From Methanomicrobia archaeon (GTDB lineage: Archaea; Halobacteriota; Syntropharchaeia; Alkanophagales; Methanospirareceae): 41,836 nucleotides of DNA. Position 1 is the stretch's first letter; each line of letters begins with the position of its first letter. The notes beneath the pieces were generated by a model that had not been told where the DNA came from, ran no database searches, and worked only from the letters and a program-made list of their open reading frames with translations. Below are positions 1 through 8,351 of the stretch, piece after piece. The DNA is taken from assembly GCA_016928455.1 (NCBI GenBank), contig JAFGKP010000065.1, positions 1-41,836 of the forward strand, read 5' to 3'. The position numbers and the translations under genes were made by a program.

Positions 1-2
1 CC

Positions 3-791
3 TCCTCGAGTAATATCGGGCTCTCCATCGGGACGGGCGCAACGAGCAGGCGCATCGCCTATGCGGCCGGTGGAATTCTGATCATGCTCGCGTTCTTTCC
101 CAAACTGGCTGCGATCTTTGTGATCATGCCCAAGCCGGTAATGGGCGCTGCACTCGTCTATGCCGTGAGCTTCATGATCGTTACCGGGTTCAGGATCATC
201 ATGTCACGGATGCTGGACGTGCGGAAGACGTTCGTGGTGGGGATCCCGTTGATCTTCGGGCTCAGCGTGGACGCATTACCCGGCTTATATGAGAACCTGC
301 ATCCCTGGATCTATCCCATCTTCAGCTCATCGCTCTCACTGGCCACGATCCTGGCAATAACGCTGAATGTCATCCTGCGCATTGGCATTGCGCAACGGCA
401 GCGGCTCGTGCTGCGGCCCGGTGTGGACACCTCGGATACCATCTTCGCGTTTATGGAAAAGCAGGGTGCGGCCTGGGGCGCGCGCAGGGAAGTGATCTAC
501 CACGCGATCGCGGCACTGACGGAATTTTATGAATCGGTCTCGTTCTTGAACCTGGCGAGAGGTGACATTACTGTCGACGCCAGTTTCGATGAGTTCAATC
601 TGGACATGGACATTCAGTACGCGGGTTCGCCCATGGAATTCCCTGCTGAACGTCCTAGCGAAGGCGAATTGATCAGTGATACCACTACCACGGTCAAACT
701 CTCGGGCTTCATGATTATGCGCTACGTGGACCGGCTAAGAACTGAACTCAAGGGTGAGCGGTGCCGCGTAAAATTCCATTTTGACCATTAA
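3..791 (+). CDS. Nucleobase:cation symporter-2 (xanthine/uracil permease) family transporter, C-terminal part; the 5' end lies outside the window
   Basis: The frame is open from nt 3 (SSSNIGLSIGTGATSRRIAYAAGGILIMLAFFPKLAAIFVIMPKPVMGAALVY...). This matches the conserved NCS2 C-terminal TM segments (G.TGV.SR....GG.I...G.FPK......IP.PV.GG). A soluble tail of about 110 aa follows. Stop codon at 789-791. Confidence 0.7.
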   Translation, partial: SSSNIGLSIGTGATSRRIAYAAGGILIMLAFFPKLAAIFVIMPKPVMGAALVYAVSFMIVTGFRIIMSRMLDVRKTFVVGIPLIFGLSVDALPGLYENLHPWIYPIFSSSLSLATILAITLNVILRIGIAQRQRLVLRPGVDTSDTIFAFMEKQGAAWGARREVIYHAIAALTEFYESVSFLNLARGDITVDASFDEFNLDMDIQYAGSPMEFPAERPSEGELISDTTTTVKLSGFMIMRYVDRLRTELKGERCRVKFHFDH

Positions 792-814
792 CTTTTCTTT
801 GGAAAAGAAAAGTT
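790..814. repeat. Perfect 11-bp inverted repeat (AACTTTTCTTT gga AAAGAAAAGTT) overlapping the permease stop codon
   Basis: Read directly: arms at 790-800 and 804-814 with a 3-nt loop. It may be a 3' stem-loop. It lies within the duplicated PGF-CTERM tail remnant (see findings). Confidence 0.6.
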
Positions 815-877
815 AAGTAAAGAAAACTTTACTGAACAAATTTTAAGGAAAAAAGGAGTAGTATGTATTAAAGTAAG

Positions 878-1345
878 ATGAAGCGAACGTTTACGGTTCT
901 GGCAACGAGTGCCGTACTGGTTGCTGTGCTCATCGTGTTGCTGCTACCGGTTCAGGTGGTGGGGGTCAGCACCCCGTTTGTCATCTACGGGCAGGTGTTT
1001 GACAGCAAGGGGAAAACGCCACTTGATGGGGTTACTGTAACGGTCACGAATCTCGCGACCGGGAGTGCAGTCAGCGGGGTCACAGAGAATGGCGGCTGGT
1101 ATCTGGTAGATCTAGCTCATCTGGAGCCAAATGCAGCCCATGCGGCAGGCGATGACATTCAAATTACGGCGAGTGGTGCAGGGGGAACAATAACGGCGGT
1201 CGTAGCACGAGCAGAGGAGAGTCCGCAACTCGTGAGACTGGCACTCGAAGAAGGATCGGGAGCAGGTGCAGTACCGGGTTTTGAAGCAGTTCTGGTGGTG
1301 CTCGTGGTCGTACTAACGTTACTTTGGAAAAGAAAACGGTACTAA
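878..1345 (+). CDS. Small secreted/surface protein with an N-terminal signal anchor and a C-terminal PGF-CTERM (archaeosortase A-type) sorting signal
   Basis: N-terminal hydrophobic segment (FTVLATSAVLVAVLIVLLLPV). Beta-sandwich-like core (IYGQVFDSKGKTPLDGVTVTVTNLATG, resembling a carboxypeptidase regulatory-like domain). Gly/Ser linker, then PGFEAVLVVLVVVLTLLWKRKRY-stop, i.e. PGF + TM helix + basic tail. Confidence 0.7.
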   Translation: MKRTFTVLATSAVLVAVLIVLLLPVQVVGVSTPFVIYGQVFDSKGKTPLDGVTVTVTNLATGSAVSGVTENGGWYLVDLAHLEPNAAHAAGDDIQITASGAGGTITAVVARAEESPQLVRLALEEGSGAGAVPGFEAVLVVLVVVLTLLWKRKRY

Positions 1346-1481
1346 CAAACTTCTTAGAAAACTTGAAAGCCCCGGAAAGTATATTTCCTAACAAATTTAC
1401 ATATGGTGATCAATAATTGAGGTTGAAGTACTCTGCGAGAGACTTTGTTATCCCGGGTAACTACGCGATAACATCACACAG

Positions 1482-1518
1482 AAAAAAACCGCTCAGAAAC
1501 CACCAAAAATAAAAAGTA
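1482..1518 (-). terminator. Oligo-T terminator tracts downstream of tRNA-Val
   Basis: The minus strand immediately 3' of the tRNA reads TACTTTTTATTTTTGG, followed by a T7 run (complement of A7 at 1482-1488). Archaeal terminators are typically oligo-T. Confidence 0.5.
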
Positions 1519-1592
1519 TGGGCCCGATGCGATTCGAACGCACGACCTCCGCCTTGTCAAGGCGACGTCATAACCAACTAGACCACGGGCCC
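1519..1592 (-). tRNA. tRNA-Val (anticodon GAC), 74 nt, no encoded CCA, no intron
   Basis: The reverse complement GGGCCCGTGGTCTAGTTGGTTATGACGTCGCCTTGACAAGGCGGAGGTCGTGCGTTCGAATCGCATCGGGCCCA folds by hand into a cloverleaf. It has a 7-bp acceptor (GGGCCCG/CGGGCCC) and a 5-bp anticodon stem (TCGCC/GGCGG) with loop TTGACAA. The T arm is GTGCG-TTCGAAT-CGCAT and the discriminator is A. Confidence 0.9.
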
Positions 1593-1707
1593 CCTGTACC
1601 GGCAAAGCCGCTTTTAATATCTGCACCTCGCGCTTATAAAACTACGTGATAGCTGAATCACTACTATCCGGTATCAGTGAATGGATGCGGGGTAGAGGTC
1701 CGTGATC

Positions 1708-2634
1708 ATGACGAACGATAAAGAAAATTACGACTTGATCGTGGTTGGTGCGGGACCTGCAGGCTTGACTGCAGGTATATTCGGTGCGCGGAGCGGTCTG
1801 AAGACGCTCGTGCTTGATAAGGGTATCTGTGGCGGTTTGACCAACGAGGCCACGCTGATCGATAATTATCCCGGGTTCAGGCGGATTGGGGGCATGGAGC
1901 TGATCGAGAAGATCAAAGCGCAGACAGCAGACTACGCGGAGATCCAGGAACTGGAAGGCGTCGTAACGATTGAGGCCCCTGAGCACGTGGAAACGATGCG
2001 GGTCGTTACGGAAAAGGGCGAGTATCGCACTTCTGCGATCATTCTCGCAACGGGCACGAAGAAGCGAAAACTTGGTGTGAAGGGCGAGGCTGAATTCCTC
2101 GGCCGCGGCATTTCCTACTGCGCGACCTGCGACGGGTACTTCTTCAGAAATAAAGCGGTCATGGTCGTCGGTGGCGGCGACTCGGCGGTGAGAGGCGCGT
2201 TGTATCTCCAGAATATCGGCGCTGAGGTCTCCTTAATACACCGCCGCGAAGAGCTCAGGGCTGAGCAGTACTTACAAACTGCGCTGAAGGAGGCGGGTAT
2301 ACACATCTTCTGGAATTCCATCCTTAAGGAGATTCGCGGCGAGAAGGTCGTGCGCAGCGTGCTTCTACATGATAAAGCGCGCGATAGCGAAGAGGAAGTA
2401 CCGGTCGAGGGGGTCTTTATCTATGTCGGTGAGGATCCCGCCAACAGCCTGGCTCTGCAACTGCACCTGATGCTCGATGCGAATGGCTATATCAGCACAG
2501 ACAGAGGGCAGCGGACGAGCAGAACAGGCATCTATGCTGCGGGCGATGTCACGGGCGGTGTACGACAGATTGTGGTGGCGTGTGCCGAAGGAGCAGTTGC
2601 TGCCTCTTCTGCATATGACGATCTTGTCGGGTGA
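1708..2634 (+). CDS. trxB: Thioredoxin-disulfide reductase-like flavoprotein
   Basis: FAD fingerprint VVGAGPAGLTAG, redox-active CATCDG, second dinucleotide motif VVGGGDSA, C-terminal YAAGDV. A GAGGT Shine-Dalgarno-like element at 1695-1699 favours ATG 1708 over the track start GTG 1702. Confidence 0.85.
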   Translation: MTNDKENYDLIVVGAGPAGLTAGIFGARSGLKTLVLDKGICGGLTNEATLIDNYPGFRRIGGMELIEKIKAQTADYAEIQELEGVVTIEAPEHVETMRVVTEKGEYRTSAIILATGTKKRKLGVKGEAEFLGRGISYCATCDGYFFRNKAVMVVGGGDSAVRGALYLQNIGAEVSLIHRREELRAEQYLQTALKEAGIHIFWNSILKEIRGEKVVRSVLLHDKARDSEEEVPVEGVFIYVGEDPANSLALQLHLMLDANGYISTDRGQRTSRTGIYAAGDVTGGVRQIVVACAEGAVAASSAYDDLVG

Positions 2635-2655
2635 CGCTCGCGAGCGGGATCAAAA

Positions 2656-3321
2656 ATGCAGACCCAGAATCGAAAGATCCGGGAGATCGGTATAGACGAG
2701 GCCGGTAAAGGCCCGGTCATTGGCTCTATGTTCATCGCGGGAGTCCAGAATTTTGACGGGCTCGACGCTCTGGGTGTGCGCGATTCGAAACAGTTACGTC
2801 CAGCCCGGCGTGAAGCTCTTGCGGCGCAGATTGAGGCCGCGACCGAGGTGTTTGTGGTGGAAATGCGTGCGTATGAGATCGACGAGCGGCGTAGAGGGCA
2901 CACGATGAATGAGATCATGGTCGAGCGGTTTGCAGACGTGCTCACGCATTTCCGACCAGATCGGGCTTTTGTGGATGCCGCGGATGTGAAGCCCGAGCGG
3001 TTCGCCGCGAACCTGAGTGCGTGTTACCGGGATGCGTGTGGTGGTGAGGTCGCGCTCATCTCGGAGAACAAAGCGGATGAACGGTATCCGCTCGTCAGTG
3101 CCGCATCGATCGTGGCCAAGGTGCATCGGGATCGCTCGATACGCGCGCTCGAAGCGGAACTCGGCTGCACGATCGGGAGTGGCTATATGACCGATAAAAA
3201 AACCATACAATTTCTACAATCGCTACGAAAAGGCCGTGATTTTGACGACCTGCCCCTTTACGTGCGCAGATCGTGGCGGACAGTTCGGGATTTATATACT
3301 CACGACGGCTTTTTAGAATGA
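2656..3321 (+). CDS. rnhB: Ribonuclease HII
   Basis: [19 protein letters not shown] (catalytic DE), GVRDSKQL, and [11 protein letters not shown] near the C-terminus. The length of 221 aa is typical of archaeal RNase HII. Confidence 0.9.
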   Translation: MQTQNRKIREIGIDEAGKGPVIGSMFIAGVQNFDGLDALGVRDSKQLRPARREALAAQIEAATEVFVVEMRAYEIDERRRGHTMNEIMVERFADVLTHFRPDRAFVDAADVKPERFAANLSACYRDACGGEVALISENKADERYPLVSAASIVAKVHRDRSIRALEAELGCTIGSGYMTDKKTIQFLQSLRKGRDFDDLPLYVRRSWRTVRDLYTHDGFLE

Positions 3322-3322
3322 A

Positions 3323-4273
3323 ATGGTGACCCCTAAGACGGATACGGAAGAGGGGAAGCATCACGAGGGGAAAGAAGATAACACAGCTGATTATAACGAG
3401 ACGGTCAAGATTTGTCCTGAATGCGGCTCTAAGAATCTTATACGGGACTATGGCAGGGCGGAGCTCTTCTGTTCTCAGTGTGGCCTTGTAGTCGCGGAGA
3501 ATATCGTTGATCTCGGGCCTGAGTGGCGTGCCTTTGATTTTGAGCAGATTTCGAGACGCGCACGCGTTGGTGCGCCAATGACCTATCGGATTCATGATAA
3601 GGGCTTGAGCACGCTGGTTACCTGGTCGCCCACGGGTCAGGGCCAGTACAAATTAAAAAAATGGCAGCAGCGTACACACATCGCGAACACGACCGAACGG
3701 AGCTTCATATTCGCGCTCTCGGAGATCGATCGAATGGCCTGCGCGCTCAAACTGCCCATGAACATCAGGGAAGCGGCATCGATGCTCTATCGAAAGGCGA
3801 TGCGGAAACGACTCATTCGCGGTCGGAGCATTGAGGGCATCGCGACCGCGATCCTGTACATCACCTGCCGGCAATACGGCGTTCCGCGCACGCTGGAGGA
3901 GGTCAGGGACATCTCTCGCGTGGGCCAGAAGGAGATTAGCCGGGCATATCGGTTCCTCTTACGCGAGCTCGATCTGAAGGTCTCGCCCGCATCTCCAGTC
4001 GATTTCGTGCCTCGGTTCTGCTCCCTGCTCGATTTGACCGGCGATATCAGGTCCAAAGCCATTGAGATCATCAAGCGCGCATCAGAGGAGGAGCTGACCA
4101 ACGGTCGAGGCCCTATCGGCATTGCCGCGGCTGCTATTTACATCGCCGCGATACTCGGCGGCGAGCACCGCACCCAGAAAGAGGTATCAGACGTTACCGG
4201 CGTGACCGAAGTGACGATCCGGAACAGATATAAGGAATTGTCAGAGCAGTTGGATATCGACGTACTGCTCTAA
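3323..4273 (+). CDS. tfb: Transcription initiation factor IIB (TFB)
   Basis: N-terminal Zn ribbon CPECGS...CSQCG, B-finger/linker, and two cyclin-fold repeats ending in the HTH-like segment ([22 protein letters not shown]). It starts 1 nt after the rnhB stop. Confidence 0.9.
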   Translation: MVTPKTDTEEGKHHEGKEDNTADYNETVKICPECGSKNLIRDYGRAELFCSQCGLVVAENIVDLGPEWRAFDFEQISRRARVGAPMTYRIHDKGLSTLVTWSPTGQGQYKLKKWQQRTHIANTTERSFIFALSEIDRMACALKLPMNIREAASMLYRKAMRKRLIRGRSIEGIATAILYITCRQYGVPRTLEEVRDISRVGQKEISRAYRFLLRELDLKVSPASPVDFVPRFCSLLDLTGDIRSKAIEIIKRASEEELTNGRGPIGIAAAAIYIAAILGGEHRTQKEVSDVTGVTEVTIRNRYKELSEQLDIDVLL

Positions 4274-4294
4274 CACCCACACGCAGCCACTCGT

Positions 4295-4323
4295 GAACTG
4301 AACTGAACTGAACGAAACGAAAG
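4295..4323. repeat. Short tandem repeat (GAACT)x3 followed by GAACGAAACGAAAG between convergent genes
   Basis: Read directly in the 62-nt gap between the tfb stop (4273) and the DUF99 stop (4336). Confidence 0.6.
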
Positions 4324-4335
4324 CGCTTCCCGCAA

Positions 4336-4917
4336 TCAAACAGTTTCAACACTGGTAAGAAGCGCTCGTGCGGCGAGCTTCGCAACACGCAGGGGCTCGG
4401 GTATCCTGCCGTGGGTGGTGAAGCGTTTGAGCAGTTTCACGGCGTCCGCCTTCTCCAGACCCAGAAACCGTATGAGATCTTCATAATCAGCGTTTATCGT
4501 TACGGGGATTCGCGCGCCCAGCCGCTGATAAGCTGCGAGTCGTATGTCACGATCCGCGTCGTCGAAGTGCGTGGCGATGTGCGCTTCCAAACCCGCTGAT
4601 TCCTCATAGGTCACGCAGATGAGCGGAATATGCAGCTGCTCGTAGAGGCTCGTTAGCTCAATGATATTGAACCAGCTGATAACGCAGCCGTTGAGCATGA
4701 GTGCATTTATGTCGTCCCGTTGGAGCGAAGCAACGAGGCGTATTACCCCATCAGTCGCGTCCATGCCCCCCACAGTGATGCGCGTGAAGCCCATGCCGTC
4801 AATGACCAGATCGGATCGCATCACGATACCGGCGAGCACCGACTTCTCATCCTCGCGCCGGAAACTCTCGGCAATGCCCAGTACACGAATCCCTTTCTTA
4901 TCCAGATGAAGTACCAT
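4336..4917 (-). CDS. UPF0215/DUF99 family protein (endonuclease V-like fold)
   Basis: The N-terminus KKGIRVLGIAESF..., the size (193 aa) and the overall pattern match my memory of the archaeal DUF99 family. No catalytic assignment is possible from sequence alone. Confidence 0.65.
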   Translation of the reverse strand: MVLHLDKKGIRVLGIAESFRREDEKSVLAGIVMRSDLVIDGMGFTRITVGGMDATDGVIRLVASLQRDDINALMLNGCVISWFNIIELTSLYEQLHIPLICVTYEESAGLEAHIATHFDDADRDIRLAAYQRLGARIPVTINADYEDLIRFLGLEKADAVKLLKRFTTHGRIPEPLRVAKLAARALLTSVETV

Positions 4918-4920
4918 TAA

Positions 4921-5421
4921 TTACACGTACGGGATGCGCTCCCGCTCTTTTTGCTCCCGGTACCGCCGCCTGAAGCCCGGCTCGGTTTGCAGTCGCTCGA
5001 GCTCGCGATCCAGTTTCTCATCCAGCCGCGCCTGCTCGCCCGAGATGTACTCTTTGCAGAGTTTCTGCGTCGTATCCGAGGAGTACTGCTGCACACCAGC
5101 CATAATAATTGCCAGATCCGCTTTCTGGGGCGCGATCAATCCGAAAGGCACGGGCGAGCCCCGGCTCATGAGCGCTTTGAGCTCTTCATCAAGCGTGCCC
5201 ACATCCAGGCCAAACCCGATCGCCTCGCTGCTACCGGTCTGCTCGAATTTGAGCTGCCAGAGGTGATCCGGGCTGGAGATGAACATATCATGTCGCCCCT
5301 TTGGATTGCAGCCGCTGAGCACGCGCCAATCCGCTCTCTGCTTGCTCCTGTCCCAACGCTCTTTCAATAACCGCGTGATCTCCGTAGACGTCTGGATTCC
5401 CATAGTACGTGCGTGCCTCAT
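4921..5421 (-). CDS. Hypothetical protein with a charged coiled-coil C-terminus, likely co-transcribed with the DUF99 gene
   Basis: 166-aa ORF ending 3 nt before the DUF99 start. A TATA-like AATTTTAT (complement of 5447-5454) lies about 26-33 nt upstream of the ATG. No family recognised. Confidence 0.5.
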   Translation of the reverse strand: MRHARTMGIQTSTEITRLLKERWDRSKQRADWRVLSGCNPKGRHDMFISSPDHLWQLKFEQTGSSEAIGFGLDVGTLDEELKALMSRGSPVPFGLIAPQKADLAIIMAGVQQYSSDTTQKLCKEYISGEQARLDEKLDRELERLQTEPGFRRRYREQKERERIPYV

Positions 5422-5625
5422 GTGTTACTAGCGTGCTACGCACATAAAATTCTAGTCAGAACCGCCAGCTACTCTTGCTTACCGCGTTCTCAGAAAAGAA
5501 GAGAACCATGTTCGCGATCATCCTTGCGGGTGAGACCAGGGCAGTAGATTACACGCTGAGGCACGAGAAAAAGCGCTCATTACCCTCAGGGAATAGCAGC
5601 GGAAACGAGCGAACGCTCAGTGACG

Positions 5626-5664
5626 ATGTATGTACGTATGTATATATGTATGTATAGTTTTTTT
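5626..5664. repeat. TG/TA-rich microsatellite-like tract (ATGTATGTACGTATGTATATATGTATGTATAG) followed by a T7 run
   Basis: Read directly in the 314-nt intergenic region between two minus-strand genes. Confidence 0.6.
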
Positions 5665-5735
5665 CTCCGCAGCTATCCCGAATGCATACCCGCTCACCTG
5701 CGATCGCCATTTCAGTTCGCGCGAGTCCACCGGAG

Positions 5736-6134
5736 CTAACGGCGTGTTCGCCGCTGTACCATCACGCAAACGCCCTGTACGAATTTTATACCGTTCCGTT
5801 TGCAGAACGCGATCGCCTGTGCGGATTCCGAGCCCGGCTGCATCCAGACCTTATCGATCCCCAGTGCATGACATTCTCGCACGATCTGCTCCGTTACGGC
5901 GGGCGGAACAACGGTCTCAACAACATCGGGCTTACCTGGTAGGTCGCTCAGTGAAGGATAGCACCGATCGCCCAATACCTCATCAAGATACGGATTCACG
6001 GGATAAACGGTATGGCCCGCCTCCTTCAGGTCTTTGTAGACCTTATGGCCATACTTCTCCGGATTGCGGGAAACGCCGACGACGGCGAAGACGTTTCCTT
6101 TCCGAAGGAATTCCGTGATAAGCTCTGAATTCAT
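5736..6134 (-). CDS. CoA-binding domain protein (YccU/YneT-like)
   Basis: FAVVGVSRNPEKYGHKVYKDLKEAGHTVYPVNP is the typical CoA_binding_2 N-terminal pattern. 132 aa. Confidence 0.8.
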   Translation of the reverse strand: MNSELITEFLRKGNVFAVVGVSRNPEKYGHKVYKDLKEAGHTVYPVNPYLDEVLGDRCYPSLSDLPGKPDVVETVVPPAVTEQIVRECHALGIDKVWMQPGSESAQAIAFCKRNGIKFVQGVCVMVQRRTRR

Positions 6135-6151
6135 CGAGTCTCCAAAAATAG

Positions 6152-7273
6152 TTACCGTCTAATGCTATGATACAGCTCCCCGTCATGCACCACCGCCAGG
6201 ATATCGTTCCGGGTCGCCCGCCGCACAACTCCTTTCACCGGATCCCGTACATGCCGCATATTCGCCGTTTCGGTACTGATCACCACGAGATTCGCCCTCT
6301 TGCCTTCTTCTAATGAGCCTATCGTTTCAGCTTCCTGTAACACCTGAGCAGCGTTGAGTGTGCACATCCTCAACACCTCACGGTCATCAAGTCGAAAGAG
6401 CTTCGCGATGAACTCCATCTCCGTCAGCATATCGGGCGCATTGAGCATGACGTTATCCGTGCCGAGAGCAACGGTTAATCCCGCTTCGAGCATCTGCTTC
6501 ACCGGCGGCACACCTAATCCATTGACCAGATTAGCACGAACGCAGACCACTGCAGCTATACCCTTCTCCACCATCCTCGTAAAATCCTGCGACGATGCCT
6601 TCACTAAATGCACGATATAATTCGGCTCGAGTTCCACGGCACCTTCTATATCCTCTGCAGTCCGTTCACCTGCGTGCAGCGCGAACAACTTACCCCGACC
6701 CTTCGCTTCCGCAGCTAACGTCCGCACATCTTCAGGATCATGGTCGGCAACACTCGACATTCCAATGCCATCAACCAGCGCGAAAAGCGCTTCAAGCTCC
6801 TCCTTGACAACGCTATCAGCAGGTCTGCCCAGTATCTTACCATGTGGTTTTACACCGCCTTTACCGGGCTTTAACGCCTCGCGGAGCGCATTCGTGCCAC
6901 GAATACCGCCCTCGCGGAAGTCCGCGAACAGCTGTGTACCCGTTGCTAACATATCCGTAATGGTCTCCTGCATCGCCGTAACCAGCTGAGCGTAGGGCGT
7001 CTCCGCCAGTATCCGGTGTTTGAACCCCCCGGGGCCCACAAGCTGCTCCAGCGGCAGAGCCGGTGGTTCCTTCGCTACTGCATCACCGATGTGCGTGTGC
7101 GCGTTGACGAACGCAGGCACGATAATGCCTTCAAGGTCCGCTGCTACTTTCTGCTCGCTGAGCTCCTTGATAATGCCCTGCTCAACCACAATGGAGCCCT
7201 CGACCGCATCAAACTCTTTGCCGCGTACCACAATGCCCGAAAGTATCAGCTCACCGCGTTGCATCCAGCGCAA
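6152..7273 (-). CDS. Metal-dependent amidohydrolase (chlorohydrolase/deaminase-like)
   Basis: PAFVNAHTHIGD (HxH metal site), FALHAGE, ALGTDN. The substrate cannot be assigned from sequence. Confidence 0.75.
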   Translation of the reverse strand: MRWMQRGELILSGIVVRGKEFDAVEGSIVVEQGIIKELSEQKVAADLEGIIVPAFVNAHTHIGDAVAKEPPALPLEQLVGPGGFKHRILAETPYAQLVTAMQETITDMLATGTQLFADFREGGIRGTNALREALKPGKGGVKPHGKILGRPADSVVKEELEALFALVDGIGMSSVADHDPEDVRTLAAEAKGRGKLFALHAGERTAEDIEGAVELEPNYIVHLVKASSQDFTRMVEKGIAAVVCVRANLVNGLGVPPVKQMLEAGLTVALGTDNVMLNAPDMLTEMEFIAKLFRLDDREVLRMCTLNAAQVLQEAETIGSLEEGKRANLVVISTETANMRHVRDPVKGVVRRATRNDILAVVHDGELYHSIRR

Positions 7274-7352
7274 TCACACCAAGTGTTGAAAGAGCCGCAA
7301 TGACAAATACTTTCCGCACGGTCGCCGTCATGTGCCCTGCCGTGGGTCTGGA

Positions 7353-8246
7353 TCAGCGTTCTCGCGTCATCCGCAGATCCAGGACAACATGATATTTCCG
7401 CGGGCCGACCGAGCGGACAATCCGCTGCTCCTCTCTCTGCACGTGTATGCGGTCACCGAACGCAGCGGCGATGAGCTCTTCCGCGCGCGCAAAGGGTGCT
7501 GTCAACAAATCACGCTCGCCTCGACCCCTCGCCACGGCATAATAATGGATCATACCCGCTGTTCCGTCTCCAGCATCTCCTCCACGCCACAATCGTAACG
7601 CGCGTACCGCGGCGGGTAAGAACGCATGGGCGCTTTCTGGCAACGGCATGAGCACACGGTCTATCCGGCCCTGCAATTCCGCCGCCACGTCCCCGGCATC
7701 ACCCAGAACAGGGATCACGCGTCCTTCGACCCGGTTCAACGCAACGTTCTCCTGCAGGTATGAAAACGCATGCGGATTCACATCGACGGAATAGACCGTC
7801 GCGTCCAGTTGCAGTTTCGCGATCAGAATAGAGAAGCAACCGACCCCTGCGAACATGTTGAGTATCGTTTCACCCGGCGCGACTTTCTCTGCGATACGCA
7901 TCCGCTCGTACGAGAGCCGCGGCGATAAAAAGACCTGCTTGAGGTCCGCCTTATACCGGCAGCCGCGCTCACAGTACGTGGTCTCCAGACTTGGATCGCC
8001 CCAGATCACTGTAAGATCCCTTGTCCGATAGCGGTCATCAGTTTGGGCGTGGAGTGGCACGGCCGCGATGGTGCGAACCTTTGGATAGACTGTATGAAGT
8101 GCTTCCGCGATATGCATCTGCTCGGCTTGCGCGTCCTCCGGGATCCGAATAATAATGACCTCGCCAATGCGGTCGAACGAGGTGACCAGCTTATCAATCG
8201 TCCGCTCGTCGAGAATTTCCACTAACGCTTTCTTTAAGTTCATCAA
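7353..8246 (-). CDS. trm5: tRNA (guanine37-N1)-methyltransferase Trm5/Met-10+ family
   Basis: Met-10+ architecture with the SAM motif NMFAGVGCFSI, DVNP, and the N-terminal FDRIGEVIIIRIP segment. Confidence 0.75.
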   Translation of the reverse strand: MMNLKKALVEILDERTIDKLVTSFDRIGEVIIIRIPEDAQAEQMHIAEALHTVYPKVRTIAAVPLHAQTDDRYRTRDLTVIWGDPSLETTYCERGCRYKADLKQVFLSPRLSYERMRIAEKVAPGETILNMFAGVGCFSILIAKLQLDATVYSVDVNPHAFSYLQENVALNRVEGRVIPVLGDAGDVAAELQGRIDRVLMPLPESAHAFLPAAVRALRLWRGGDAGDGTAGMIHYYAVARGRGERDLLTAPFARAEELIAAAFGDRIHVQREEQRIVRSVGPRKYHVVLDLRMTRER

Positions 8247-8351
8247 CCGTGCGCCCGGCGCGTTGCGAGTGACTGATTGTACGATGCGCCGTTAAGTTAT
8301 ATATTACAGGAAAGAGAATGGTAATGTTTATCTTATTATTACCGTCAAGAA

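Noticed and set aside
5475-5657. 60-aa plus-strand ORF in the intergenic gap.
   Set aside because: It starts at a non-ATG codon, and the internal ATG version has no RBS. The C-terminus is just the translated microsatellite (CTYVYMYV). The composition is not protein-like.
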